64,000 bases of DNA from Candidatus Bathyarchaeota archaeon (GCA_963807605.1 CAWECG010000004.1:668007-732006), one strand, 5' to 3'. Counted from the stretch's first letter, positions 10,421-21,665 are shown. Made by a program: numbers and translations. The notes: a model not told the origin generated them from the sequence alone.

Positions 10421-11395
10421 TTAGCGCGGGCGCGTAAATGTGTAGTTCACATATGGTTCCGGATTTTCCGGGAACATTGGGTTCCTTGACGGTTCAAGGA
10501 AGCTATGTTCCCACATCATTTCCCATAACAACCTCAATCTCTCTGACCATGCACTGTCGATAGCCTCATATTCAACTGGATTAAGGGTTTCTTGAGGCTT
10601 TCCGTAAATTGTGGTGAAGCGAGATCCCAGTCTGTCCAATCCAAGTTTAAGCATTTCCGGGAATATGAGATTCTTTGATGATTCAAGGAAGCTATGTTCC
10701 CACATCATTTCCCATAACTTCAACCTCTCTGACCATACACTGTCGATAGCCTCATATTCAACCGGATTAAGGGTCCCTTGAGGCTTTCCGTAAACTGTGG
10801 TGAAGCGAGATCCCAGTCTGTCCAGTCCAAGTTTGAGCATTACATCTTGAATAGCTATGGCTGTGGCATCACCAGCCGCCATATGATCACGATGTTCCCA
10901 CGCGTTAGAGGAGTACTTTCTGCCTGCATGCCAACAAACGAGATGCAGCGCGTAATTATTTGTATCAACGGCCCGGCAAATTATATCACATATATCTTGT
11001 GCAATTTGCGAAATAAAATGTTGGGCCAGGCTATCTGGGAAATTCAGGGTAAAGACGCTCCTGATTTTCAAATACGTAGCGCGACATTTGACAGAGGCTA
11101 AACGTTTGTTCATGAGATTGCGGCTAAACCATCGTTGCCTATCTCCATTTGGAGTGTGTACAGTCTGGATTTCCAGATCTGCTTTGTAAGAACCGTGTTT
11201 GACATCCCAGTTATGATTACTAAAGTCAGCGGCTCCGTCAGTCACAATTATCAGCAATATTGGATGTCTGCCAACATCATTTTTTATAATCTGGCCACCC
11301 CACTCAATATCCCAATCGTCTGGGTGGGCTGCGATGTAGACAGCCAAACCGTTTTCGTCCTCATTGACGGGTGGACCAGGGATTAACCTCAACAC
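10421..11395 (-). CDS. PIG-L/LmbE family deacetylase with internal ~62-aa duplication
   Basis: AHPDD, VTDG, EHRDH motifs. Confidence 0.8.
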   Translation of the reverse strand: MLRLIPGPPVNEDENGLAVYIAAHPDDWDIEWGGQIIKNDVGRHPILLIIVTDGAADFSNHNWDVKHGSYKADLEIQTVHTPNGDRQRWFSRNLMNKRLASVKCRATYLKIRSVFTLNFPDSLAQHFISQIAQDICDIICRAVDTNNYALHLVCWHAGRKYSSNAWEHRDHMAAGDATAIAIQDVMLKLGLDRLGSRFTTVYGKPQGTLNPVEYEAIDSVWSERLKLWEMMWEHSFLESSKNLIFPEMLKLGLDRLGSRFTTIYGKPQETLNPVEYEAIDSAWSERLRLLWEMMWEHSFLEPSRNPMFPENPEPYVNYTFTRPR

Positions 11396-11701
11396 TTTGT
11401 CTTCCTTGCTAGATTTACGCGCCTGCCACTTGGCTTCCTCATTAGCTTTCGCATTTCTCTTCCATTTATGTCCATACCATATATGCTGCTTCTGAGAACA
11501 AAACGTACTGGTTTTTGACCCCTAGAACTCTCAATAACATTGTATCGCCCGTGACTGTGACATCGAAAGGAGGCAGTTCTTCAACCGAAGTTCCATCTCT
11601 TAAGCGTTACGTGCACGTAGTCTCCTCGAACAATCCATCAGGACGACCCTCCGGTTTGGGAAGGACCTCCCAATAACGTCAAAAGGTGAATAGCGCGCGC
11701 T

Positions 11702-12373
11702 TTTGAGGTTATAAGTGGAATGGATCTAACAAATTCCATTATCCCTTTTTCCCAGCTCAAGCGCGAGGCGAAACCGACAATATTTCTCCTGTAGGAAAGG
11801 AGGAGCAACTGAACTTCTCGAAGAATTCTTCGTCACAGAGCCTGCTGGGAGTCGCGCAGACCTTGGCTGAATACCTCTTCAACAGAGGATCCATCTCAAC
11901 CAATCCAGGTGAAGGGACGAGGATGCCCCCGACCATCTATAATGCAGATAATCTAAAACGCAGTTGATCTTCCAAGATAGAACAGCTTGAGGGTGTGATG
12001 AAAGTGTAACTCCTCCTGTGTAAACCAAGGAATCCTTACGCAGAATGCGCGATAGCAACAAGGGAAGAGGCATTGAGCAATGATAGAAGATTATGAAGTT
12101 AATGCGCTTGTTTATTCTGAGAAAAGTCAGAGTCACTGTCAGTTGCTCCAATAGAAAAGCAAATGCTCCCATGAATCCATTTGCAGGCGTATGCAAAATT
12201 CTCGAGAATGCTACCTCCAGAAACGTAATCCTTCCTTGATGATCATATGAGTCTCTTCTTGGACTAATCAGAAAAATATCTTTGAAATCGATCTTTCCCA
12301 GTATTTTAATCATATCAGCAATTCTAGCCTCGAACAGATTTCTGGGTGAGAAAACTAGAAGAACCGATGACGT
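11702..12373 (-). pseudogene. Truncated GT4 paralogue of 8114..9256
   Basis: ACG in place of ATG at 12373, frameshifts; ends NIVGFASRLSWEKGIMEFVRSIPLITSK at AGCGCGCGCT. Confidence 0.85.
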
Positions 12374-12473
12374 AAGAGATCTATCTGATCTCTTGACTCC
12401 GTTAGCACGGAATAATCTGTAGTTTAGTGTCTTTCTCTATTGATATCCATTAGTACGTTCATGGTTCAAACGG

Positions 12474-13451
12474 TTAATTCATCCTGGCTCTGATAATTCT
12501 CTCTATCGTTTGACTGGGGGCATTCAGTCTTTTCATGCTTAGAAGGTCTTCGGCTTTACTTATGTCAACTAGTATTCTTTTCTTATCTTCAGCCGCATAC
12601 AAGACTGGAAGCCCAGTATTAATAACCTTTATTTCGGGCGATATTTTTTCCTGCGAGCATTCTACAATTTTGTCTTTGACAATGTTAGCTAGCTCCAGTA
12701 TTGTGATAGGCTCTGGCCAGACAAGGTTGACTACGTTGTCATTTTTTGTGTCAAGCACATTCTCTAGAGTCTTCTTGGCATAGGCTTCGAATGCTCTGCA
12801 GACATCAACGATATCGACATATAACATGGGGCGATGCATGCTGTGTGCATATGGCGTGATTGCCTCACCTAGCAACCCTTTTGATATGAATATGTTTGCT
12901 GCGGCATTCTCAGGCATACCTTCGCCAAGTACTGTCCCCATTCTTATGACTCCATAAAACTTAGAGGACATCTCGTTATAGAGTTTCATAATAGTCTCTT
13001 GAGCGATCTTGCTTAGAACATAGAATCTTGCGGTATCCTCTACCTTATCTGGCTTGAAAGCGAACGATTCATCAATGATACCACTAAACTGTCCGTAACC
13101 GAAAACATGCCACGTACCGGCCAGCAATAAACCCTTGGGCGACTTGTGCTTGTCTACAGCGCTGCATAGGTTTTGGATGCCAAGGAGGTTAACTCCATAC
13201 CCAGCTCGCTTTACCTCATTTACATATGGTATCTGAACTATCGCTGTGTTGATCACTAGAAAAACGTCTTCGATACCTTTGTTAACATCATCACTATCGG
13301 TAATATCACAGAACTCGAACTGGACAGTCTGCCTGATACTATCCGGCACGGGATTGGTATCCAGAACTTTCACTCTAAATGAATTACTCAAGTACTTGGC
13401 CAAAGAGGATCCTATGTAACCTGACCCACCAAGAATGGCTATCTCGTACAC
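12474..13451 (-). CDS. NAD-dependent epimerase/dehydratase
   Basis: GGSGYIG, YxxxK (YVLSK). Confidence 0.9.
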   Translation of the reverse strand: MYEIAILGGSGYIGSSLAKYLSNSFRVKVLDTNPVPDSIRQTVQFEFCDITDSDDVNKGIEDVFLVINTAIVQIPYVNEVKRAGYGVNLLGIQNLCSAVDKHKSPKGLLLAGTWHVFGYGQFSGIIDESFAFKPDKVEDTARFYVLSKIAQETIMKLYNEMSSKFYGVIRMGTVLGEGMPENAAANIFISKGLLGEAITPYAHSMHRPMLYVDIVDVCRAFEAYAKKTLENVLDTKNDNVVNLVWPEPITILELANIVKDKIVECSQEKISPEIKVINTGLPVLYAAEDKKRILVDISKAEDLLSMKRLNAPSQTIERIIRARMN

Positions 13452-13742
13452 CGGTCTTGCACCAACTGATCGATCTGATGAATCAATAAGATATTAAAAG
13501 GCTAGCGCATGATGACATGTCAGTCCAGACTTCAAAAAAGGGCAAAAATGCCTTCACGTGCTCTAAACTGCACAATCACGCAGGGTTGCCAAATACTCAG
13601 GCACCCCTAGAATCATGGCCTCACACCATAATAGCTGAGAGGATAGCAAGGATTTGCAACTATGATAGGTTTAGAATAACAGCGTCGTTATACCATTTGA
13701 ATATCGCCTGCGAGCATAATTGTCTGTTGTCACAACGCGCGC

Positions 13743-14006
13743 TCCAAGAATTTGTATAGCTACCGAGACCTGTTCTAACACAAAGGCGAGTATCCTCACT
13801 GATAGGTTACCTACAGGTTTGTTCAAGACTCTCGACATCGGTAATCTACATATGGCGACGCCTTCAGGCAGTCCTGCGAGCGTATCCTCGTTTGGACCTA
13901 TAAGAATAACAGTCTTGAAACCAAGTAGCTTCAAAATATTGGCCGTGTCTATCCCGATCCATGTTACAGGATCTTTTGGAGAGACAACCAGAACGATAGC
14001 TGACAT
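13743..14006 (-). pseudogene. N-terminal fragment of GT4 paralogue
   Basis: MSAIVLVVSPKDPVTW.. aligns with MPAILLVFSPRNPVTW; homology stops at ACGCGCGCT 13735. Confidence 0.85.
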
Positions 14007-14044
14007 GATAGATCTCTAGCGCGAAGTATTTCTCTCGATTCATT

Positions 14045-14098
14045 TACACGCCGGCGCGTAAATGTGTAGTTCACATACGGTTCTGGATTTTTCGGGAA
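14045..14098 (-). pseudogene. 54-bp 3' fragment of PIG-L-like gene
   Basis: gcgcgtaaatgtgtagttcacata.ggtt..ggatttt shared with 10430-10470. Confidence 0.8.
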
Positions 14099-14162
14099 AG
14101 CGCGCGCTAGACTCCAAAAAACACAGCAGCATCTGTTTGCTCACGTAATACTAGCAGGGAAT

Positions 14163-15368
14163 TCACTTCTCACCTAAGATATTATTATATAAGTCTTCGA
14201 GCAAAGAGGTGGTTCTTTCTGCTGAATATCTGTCTTTTACAAAAACGCGGCCTGCATTACCCATTATCTCGGCCTCTTCTGGGGAGTCGATCATCTGAGC
14301 CATTTTCTTCGCAAGATCCAAAGCATTTCCAGCGTCAAACAAGAAGCCCGTCTTCTGGTCCAAGACAATTTCAGAGATTGAATCTATGTTCGAGGCTATA
14401 ACAGGCTTAGAACATGCGAAAGCCTCTAGTAACGTGATCCCGAAACTTTCATACACCGAAGGCAATATGTAGACTTCTGAATCCACGTAGACTTCGAGTT
14501 TATTTCTATCATAGAGAGGCCCAGTCAGAATGATATAGTCTCGCATTCCCTTTTTCTCAATCAACAATTCCATATCGTGAAGGTAGCCATCGTCAGGTCC
14601 GACTACAGCAAGTAACACATCGTCAAAGTTTAATTGCCTCACCAGCATCGAGAATGCCTTAATTAGACAGTCAAGTCCTTTGATTTTGTGAATTCTTCCC
14701 AGATAGAGTAATATCTTCTTGTCTCCGTTTATTCCATATTTCCTCTTAAACTCCCCTTTCTGTGGCAGACGAGAATATTCCGACATATTTATGCCATTAG
14801 GAATAATCGATATATTCGTACTAGGCACCCCAAAGCCTTCACACCGTCGAGACTCCATTCGGCTAGCGGCAACAATCCTAGATGCGTTAGCTAAGAGGTT
14901 GTTTCCAAAAAAGAGATCATAGGCTAACTTCCGTCCCTCCTTTGCAACAAATCTTGGAATAGCACCGTGAGCCTGTAGGACATACGGTATATCATGAATC
15001 CGAGAAAAATAGCCTACCGCGATGTCATGTAGTTGTCTCCCAAAATGTAAATGGACTATATCGAACTTTTGAACTTCTGTACGTAGCGCACGAATTAATT
15101 CAGGTGCAATAAAAACATTGTCGAAACGCAGGACATTCGAAAAATACTTGACCCTAAAGCCATCCACCATTTCCTCTTTTCCTTCAATCCGGAAGTTTTT
15201 TTTCTGATCAAGGGCATTAGTAGCATAGACTTCAACATCATGTCCGCGCCTAGCCAACATCTTGGATGTTTCATACGCTATCGCCACGGGGCCACCGAAA
15301 GCCATAGCAGGGCAGAACCAAGGGATAACCTGAAGAATTTTCATCCTTGAATATGTTGTACGACTCAT
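14163..15368 (-). CDS. GT4 glycosyltransferase
   Basis: YLGRIHKIKG, ESFGITLLEAFAC. Confidence 0.9.
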   Translation of the reverse strand: MSRTTYSRMKILQVIPWFCPAMAFGGPVAIAYETSKMLARRGHDVEVYATNALDQKKNFRIEGKEEMVDGFRVKYFSNVLRFDNVFIAPELIRALRTEVQKFDIVHLHFGRQLHDIAVGYFSRIHDIPYVLQAHGAIPRFVAKEGRKLAYDLFFGNNLLANASRIVAASRMESRRCEGFGVPSTNISIIPNGINMSEYSRLPQKGEFKRKYGINGDKKILLYLGRIHKIKGLDCLIKAFSMLVRQLNFDDVLLAVVGPDDGYLHDMELLIEKKGMRDYIILTGPLYDRNKLEVYVDSEVYILPSVYESFGITLLEAFACSKPVIASNIDSISEIVLDQKTGFLFDAGNALDLAKKMAQMIDSPEEAEIMGNAGRVFVKDRYSAERTTSLLEDLYNNILGEK

Positions 15369-15404
15369 TCTTAACTATGTTGCATAGTGTTCAGGTCAGT
15401 GCAA

Positions 15405-16132
15405 TCAGATACGACTCATGCTACCGAGAGTGACAATCTTAGGGCTAAGCAGGCGGGCATAAGATTCTAGAGAGTGAGTAGGTGAGTATTCTTCAGATAT
15501 TGCTTTCTCAAACATACCAGGCATTTTACTCATTATTTTAAACGTGATTATGTCGCTCAACAATTCCATTGCTTGTTTCATAGGGTTATTCATACCAACA
15601 TCATCTCCACTACCTCCTGCTACACGACTCATCACGAAATTGAGTTGCCAGGAGTCATGTTAAAATGCTTAGCCAGTAGCTGCATCCCAAGATGGTCAGC
15701 AGCCTTCTGCTCTAACTGGCTAGTAAGAGGGAGAGGCTGTTGAGGAGTTGCTCTAGAGTCACTCTGGCTACGTTGTGGTTCACCCTTGAGCTTAGCAATC
15801 TCCGCCTTATAGTCATCCAGTAGTTCTCCTCCCTCCACCTGCAGATGCTTTTGCAGTTTTTGGAGGAATCGCATTCTGCCTTAGTGTAACTTGTAGGATC
15901 TCAGCTCTCTAGTAGGAGTTTCCGGTTTATCTTCAATTGGAGGTGGTTTGTTAGCTTCCTCTTCTTCAAGTTCTTTCTTGACTTGGGAGACATAATTCGG
16001 CGTAGTCTTAAGAATAGTAGCTATCTCCCCGGTGCCATATTATTGAGTTTGGAGAAGTCGAACAATGGCTTCTCGCTGGGTTATTTTGCCAAGTTTTTCT
16101 TTCTCAGACAGGTTGTCATTTCTTAATACCAT
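15405..16132 (-). pseudogene. Degraded HTH-containing protein, probably of mobile-element origin
   Basis: KITQREAIVRLL..EIATILKTTPNYVSQVK HTH with stops and frameshifts; paralogue at 47592. Confidence 0.55.
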
Positions 16133-16371
16133 GTGAGCTTGTGAGCGTAGATAAGGTTTACGTAATTTTACAGGATTTCACACGAGCGCACGCGCTCTTC
16201 GAGATACCTTTTCCGTCGTAGTGTCTCAACAACTTCCTCGAAGACGGCGATATAGTTGAATCATTCCTTATGATCGGTGAGGCACAAATAAGTACTCATT
16301 GCTGTAGGCCCGGGTTACAGTTATTTAATAAACGTCATACTTGCATAGCTTCTTTGGGATAGTGGCTTAGC

Positions 16372-17895
16372 TTGCAAACGACAGCAAGTGTAAAAGTTGC
16401 AAGAGGGGCCACATACCTTCTTCTGCAAGATGTTGTATCGAATCTTTTAATGGTAATGTATTTTGCATTTGCAGCCAGACTTTTGCCGACCACAGGAGAC
16501 CTTGGTGTGGTCACAGCGTTAAGCCTGCTTTCTTCTCTAGTCGCCACATTCAGTTCTTTAGCAATTCCCTCAGCGTTGACAAAGTACGTCTCCGAATACA
16601 AAGGCAAGGGGCGAATGGATGTTGCAAAGGGCATTTCCAAGATTGGTTGTGGCGTCGGGATCGTGATAGCATTACTTTTCTCCTCGATCTCTTTTGTGGC
16701 TTCTCCTTTTCTATCGGTATTCCTGCTTGGGAGTCCGTCAAAGACTTATTTCATACAGTTATTGGCTATTGATATCTTTCCAGCGGTATTGATCGCGTTT
16801 CTAGGCGGCATTATTTATGGTCTGCAGGACTTCAGAAAGTATTGCTTATTAAACATACCCTCTATATTCACGAGATTTGGGTTCGTAGTTTTCTTTCTCT
16901 CCAAAGGAATGGGGATTATTGGAATTTTGATCGGTTGGATAATTGGAGACTATCTTTTTCTAACTTTGGTTAGCCTTTTGACCTACACAACGTTTAAGGA
17001 AATCAGTAGCACCAAGTTTGCCCTGAAATCATTGGCGCATTATTCAGCGCCTCTCTACGGCTGGGGAATACTGAGTTATTTCTCTCAAACGATCGACAGG
17101 TATATGATTCTAGGCTTGGCAGGAACCTCAGTTCTTGGGGTATACAGTGTAGCAGCCACGGCTGCTGGAGCCGCAGGTATAGTCTCTGGGGCATTGAGCA
17201 ATGCATTATTTCCTCAACTTACCGAGATGTATGCCCGTCAAGGGAAGAACGAATTGAAGAATGCTTGCAAAGCTGCATCTCGGTACCTAAGTCTAATTTA
17301 TATTCCGTTAGCGTTTGGGTTGGCTGTAACAGCGATCCCGACCCTTTCTTTACTAGCCGGTGACCGTTATGCTATAGGAGCCCCTGCATTGGCCATTATT
17401 GCTATAGCTTCAGCAGCCACCTGTTTAAGCACGGTGTTTAATAATGCACTTATGTCTCTTGGAGAGACTCGAATATTCCCCATCGCCGGTCTTGCAGCGA
17501 TCATCACAAATGGCTTATTCTGTTTTCTATTGATTGGAAATCTTGGCAGTGTCGGGGCGGCTATTGCAAGGGCCTCACTGATCATAGTGTTGTTCACGAT
17601 TCCTGCTCTTAGATTAAGGGGCATTATGGGCTTGGGTGTCGACTTCAAAGCCTATCTAAATTCCCTTATTGCTTCTGTCGCAATGGTTTCCGTAGTCTTT
17701 TTCACGGAGTTGATTGTAGCCAGCAAATATGGCTTGCCGCTTTATGTCCTCCTAGGTGCAGCTGTCTACGTCTTGACGCTTAGGCTCTTGAAGGCTCTAA
17801 ATCAGAATGACATAGCGCTCATAGGACAGTATCTTCCATTCAATACAAAGAAACTCGGCTTTCTAGTAAGAATTCTAGTTTCGAAAGACCGCTAA
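16372..17895 (+). CDS. Oligosaccharide flippase (Wzx/MOP family)
   Basis: Many TM helices, IDRYMI..LGVYSVA..ALFPQL. Confidence 0.9.
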   Translation: MQTTASVKVARGATYLLLQDVVSNLLMVMYFAFAARLLPTTGDLGVVTALSLLSSLVATFSSLAIPSALTKYVSEYKGKGRMDVAKGISKIGCGVGIVIALLFSSISFVASPFLSVFLLGSPSKTYFIQLLAIDIFPAVLIAFLGGIIYGLQDFRKYCLLNIPSIFTRFGFVVFFLSKGMGIIGILIGWIIGDYLFLTLVSLLTYTTFKEISSTKFALKSLAHYSAPLYGWGILSYFSQTIDRYMILGLAGTSVLGVYSVAATAAGAAGIVSGALSNALFPQLTEMYARQGKNELKNACKAASRYLSLIYIPLAFGLAVTAIPTLSLLAGDRYAIGAPALAIIAIASAATCLSTVFNNALMSLGETRIFPIAGLAAIITNGLFCFLLIGNLGSVGAAIARASLIIVLFTIPALRLRGIMGLGVDFKAYLNSLIASVAMVSVVFFTELIVASKYGLPLYVLLGAAVYVLTLRLLKALNQNDIALIGQYLPFNTKKLGFLVRILVSKDR

Positions 17896-18698
17896 TTTGA
17901 ATAAATGTTTTTGATGGTTACGGAAGCTCAAATGACTGAGATCTCTCGATAAGTCATCGACATAAACAAAAGCGCGCCCCCTGACAACGAGTACGGACAC
18001 TGCACTAATCCAAAGAGTTTAGAGCTGGTATGCGCTGCATGCTTTAGCGCGCGCAGATTCCTCCTAGTCCAAACGGTCAAAAGAGGTTTTCATTCAATCG
18101 CATGCCAAACATACTCATCCATGAACAAAGATGGAAGAGGGACCTTCACATAGGCGCGCTCATCGATTGTTGCACATACTTTTTGTCCTTGAAACTGTAG
18201 CCAGCTATCCGTAAGATTTTCTCCTAAATATGATAGGGAAAGTGGTGGTGTATCCCTCGGTAGGCTCTCATACCGAATCCAACGGTTCAATTTCAGGTAC
18301 GTGCACGCGACCTATGGCATCGTTGTCATATCTCTTGGTGAGAGCATTCTAATTTGAATCACTAGGTTTCATTCTTTTGGTTGCAGTGGTGTCATACATG
18401 ATGAGAGCATCAAGATTTGAACAACTAAAATTCCTGATCCCAGCGTACTCATCTGGGCTTCTTGATAATAAAACCATGAACTTGGCGCAGGATAGCAGAT
18501 TGAGGGTCCTATAATACACCCCACCCAAAGCCTCGCCGGAAAAATGTGTATGAACGACTTCACTAGTTGTTCCGATACTATCACTGGTAAATTGAACCCG
18601 CGCAACTCCGCCTCCCCGCGCAGTTACTGTAATGTTTCTTAGTCCAGCGATTTTGCAAAAAGTCACGTTTGTTCCAACAAACATACAACACATGATCG

Positions 18699-19628
18699 CT
18701 AATCCTTCTTCCTCAGACCGTCAACAAAATCAAGAATCTCCTCATCAACATTATTGTCAAATTTCCTAGCGAATAGTTTCGACGCGCGAGCGTGCATCAA
18801 ATTGTCCGCGTCATCCATCGTCAGTGTCGCAGCACCATGTCTCCCTTTCTTTCCACTCCAATCTGCATACCATAGATCGTCATCAACCACACTACTCTTC
18901 AGGGGAGAATTCATTATTATAGTTTGAAAAAAGTGTTCATCAGGCGCCCAGACACGTCTAAAAAATCCTACAATATCCGGCATTTCTTTTATAAACTCCA
19001 AAATATAATCTACATGTTTCCTGCTTATACAGTTCCAACCAGAACCGCCGTAAGCATCAAGCTGATACGGTAAACGTCCATGAATCCTAGGGATTCTAAT
19101 GAACAGGTAACCGCCATAAATACTCCTTCCAAATGCCCGCGCAACAAAGTCAATTAAACCAAAGGAGGGAACTCTATAATATGAGTAAAGCAACCGCGAG
19201 GAGGCTTCCGGCCATCCCTCAGGTATCCTAGCTACACGTATATAACTGGCGTCTCTCTTATCAAAAAAGCGCTTAATATACTCAGCAGATCTTAGCGGAT
19301 AGCACTGCCCGCTCAAATTGATGAGGTAATCGTAGGCTCTTATGGAAAAATACCGTATAGCATCTAGAAAACCATTTACTAGCTCAAACGTAGCATATAC
19401 ATTTCTGTATTTGTAATTGATACAAAAATTTTCACTACAATAGTCCTTAAGCTTCTCCCTCCAAATTTCTTCTTCTAGCCTAGAACTTATCCCAAATATA
19501 TTCACGTAAAACAAATCAGATGGGGAATAAATACTTTTCAGAAGTCTTCGGACTTGGCTCGGATTCTTATGCGCACTGATGCAATATGCAATCACTACCA
19601 ACGGGTAAAGCCCAGCCAGAGTATGCAT
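18699..19628 (-). CDS. Core-2/I-branching beta-1,6-GlcNAc transferase (GT14)
   Basis: IAYCISAHK, NLSGQCYPL, GGSGW, PDEHFFQT, FARKFD. Confidence 0.88.
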   Translation of the reverse strand: MHTLAGLYPLVVIAYCISAHKNPSQVRRLLKSIYSPSDLFYVNIFGISSRLEEEIWREKLKDYCSENFCINYKYRNVYATFELVNGFLDAIRYFSIRAYDYLINLSGQCYPLRSAEYIKRFFDKRDASYIRVARIPEGWPEASSRLLYSYYRVPSFGLIDFVARAFGRSIYGGYLFIRIPRIHGRLPYQLDAYGGSGWNCISRKHVDYILEFIKEMPDIVGFFRRVWAPDEHFFQTIIMNSPLKSSVVDDDLWYADWSGKKGRHGAATLTMDDADNLMHARASKLFARKFDNNVDEEILDFVDGLRKKD

Positions 19629-19830
19629 AAGTTAATTACTTCGTTTGCCCTTAAGTTTTCTTGAGTGTCCTTATTGCCTAATGTTACCAACTTAGAAGTA
19701 GCTTTTCCAAGCATAAGCTAAGTTCTCCACGTATGAACTGGTCGCTAGGCTATTTTAAGTACAAATAAAGCATCTACTAGAAGGAGAATCGCGCGCTTAT
19801 TGGTGTGTGCCATAGCTAGTGAGCGCAAAT

Positions 19831-21279
19831 CTAGGCGATTGTCGCTTGCCAATCAAAGTAAATATCTGATGTGTGACTGGAATCTATCGAGATCGTGAAA
19901 GTGCTTGACCCTTTAGCGCTAACCCAGTATCGTTTTCCTCCGCTATCGTTAGTCGGTGTAAGGTAAACACCGGTTGGACCCGCTGATAAGCCGTGAGTAA
20001 CATCCACAGTAGTATTCCCATGAATTAGGGTTGCTTTGCCAGAGTTCTCCACAACATAACCTTCGTCTCCCCATTCTATTCTTGCGTAAGCGCCGTTTAA
20101 TTCGACTTTGGTGTTGACTGATCCATAGGTATTGCCCATTAGCACAGTCTCGGAGGCAGTCTTTATTGCTGTTACACAGTTGCCGAATTGGTTCTGCGTT
20201 AGAAGGGCATGCTTATTCTCCCCATCCTCTGGGTCATGAAATTTTATAGCAATTCCGTCGCCCTCTACTACTTCACTGAATACTCCGTTTGTCACCTGAA
20301 GGGAGTAAGGTTTGACATCCAAGGCCCCTTTTCCCAATATTGTTTCAAACTGTGGACAAATCATCACTAGCTGCATGGGTTTCCCATCAGAGTCAGCAAG
20401 AAAACCATACTCTGTCGTTTGCATTATTTTCGGGTTAATCCATGTCTCACAAGTAGTATTTCCATTATTATACCATACGCCACGCTTACAGTAACCAATG
20501 GTAAGATAATAGTAGACATTGTGACTGCCTTGCCATTTCGTAGAAGTATATTGGTATCCTGTCCCAAAATAGGCAATCGATAAGTGCATTATTCGACATC
20601 CTATAGCGTCTTCAAGACGAAAACCCACAAAGTCTTCATTAGTCTGGACATCGGTCTGGGTACTCCTTACCACAAGATCTTCAAAAACAACTGCGCCCTG
20701 GAAATTTTTATCTGTTTGTATCTCATGTACATAAATTAAACTACCGCTTTCAACTTCGCCAGTATACAGAAACTTCACGTTCTTGATCTGTACATCGTTC
20801 AGAATGTCTTCCTCCTCGCCATCCATACCATTTCCAGCAATTTCCAAGATTGGTAGAATTGATCCTTGAAGAACCGTTCCTGATTCGGCTTCCCATTGGA
20901 CGTGTCTCTTATCGATAAGCAATTTGTCTGTAATCGTGTAGGTTTCTTTTCGAAAAAAGATTTTTCCTCCACCCGCACGCTCAATATCATCTTCGGCGGA
21001 TTGAATTACGGTGCCGGCATCTGGTCCTTCATAAGCTGTCAATCCACTGTCAGGAGCCGGAATCGCATAGACTACTGTACCAACTTTCTCGATAATGTAG
21101 CTTGCTGTTTGAGCGCTCTTTATCTTGTCGGCAACATTGTTGTCATTCGTCTTCCCTTTGAATAGTGATGTAAGCGTGTTCTCGTTTAAGAGGCCGACCA
21201 AAGTTGCGATGGCACCGACCGCTCCGAGTGCAGTAATTTTATTGACAAACTTTCTCCGGTCAGAAGATTCATTCTGCAA
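19831..21279 (-). CDS. Tat-signal, pectate-lyase/tailspike-like beta-helix protein
   Basis: DRRKFV plus hydrophobic helix; DAGTVIQSA..GGGKIFF; C-terminal ENSG..VTHGL..FDWQA module. Confidence 0.6.
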   Translation of the reverse strand: MQNESSDRRKFVNKITALGAVGAIATLVGLLNENTLTSLFKGKTNDNNVADKIKSAQTASYIIEKVGTVVYAIPAPDSGLTAYEGPDAGTVIQSAEDDIERAGGGKIFFRKETYTITDKLLIDKRHVQWEAESGTVLQGSILPILEIAGNGMDGEEEDILNDVQIKNVKFLYTGEVESGSLIYVHEIQTDKNFQGAVVFEDLVVRSTQTDVQTNEDFVGFRLEDAIGCRIMHLSIAYFGTGYQYTSTKWQGSHNVYYYLTIGYCKRGVWYNNGNTTCETWINPKIMQTTEYGFLADSDGKPMQLVMICPQFETILGKGALDVKPYSLQVTNGVFSEVVEGDGIAIKFHDPEDGENKHALLTQNQFGNCVTAIKTASETVLMGNTYGSVNTKVELNGAYARIEWGDEGYVVENSGKATLIHGNTTVDVTHGLSAGPTGVYLTPTNDSGGKRYWVSAKGSSTFTISIDSSHTSDIYFDWQATIA

Positions 21280-21363
21280 ATCGTATCACTTCAACCACGT
21301 CACTCCGTAAAGTCGGCTGAAATACTTCAATCTTTTCTCGTTGTATATTGAATAAGCATGCGC

Positions 21364-21665
21364 TACTGAACACGAAATCAAATCTCTTGCTTCCTATTTC
21401 GCTGATGTGAAGGAACCTGCACTCTGGATACCTCTTCTGCGCGCTGGTGATGGCAATTCTACTTATATCCGCACTGCAGACTTCCCAACCAGGTAATGCG
21501 TGTTTGAGAACCCCGGTGAATACGTTTTCGCATCCAAAATCAAGAGCTCCACCCACTTCATCCAGATCAAGTTCTCTGATGAGCTGATACACCCGTTTCC
21601 GCTTCTCAGGTGGCCACTCTTCCATGTATCCCCTGACACATCTATCCTCGTAGTACCCTGAGCCT
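21364..21665 (-). pseudogene. Methyltransferase N-terminal fragment
   Basis: GYMEEWP, ALDFGC, ADIS, FDFVFS, then cut at GCATGCGC. Confidence 0.7.

Noticed and set aside
18349-18693. 114-aa ORF after the GT14 gene
   Set aside because: No recognisable motif; probably a degraded fragment that I cannot assign
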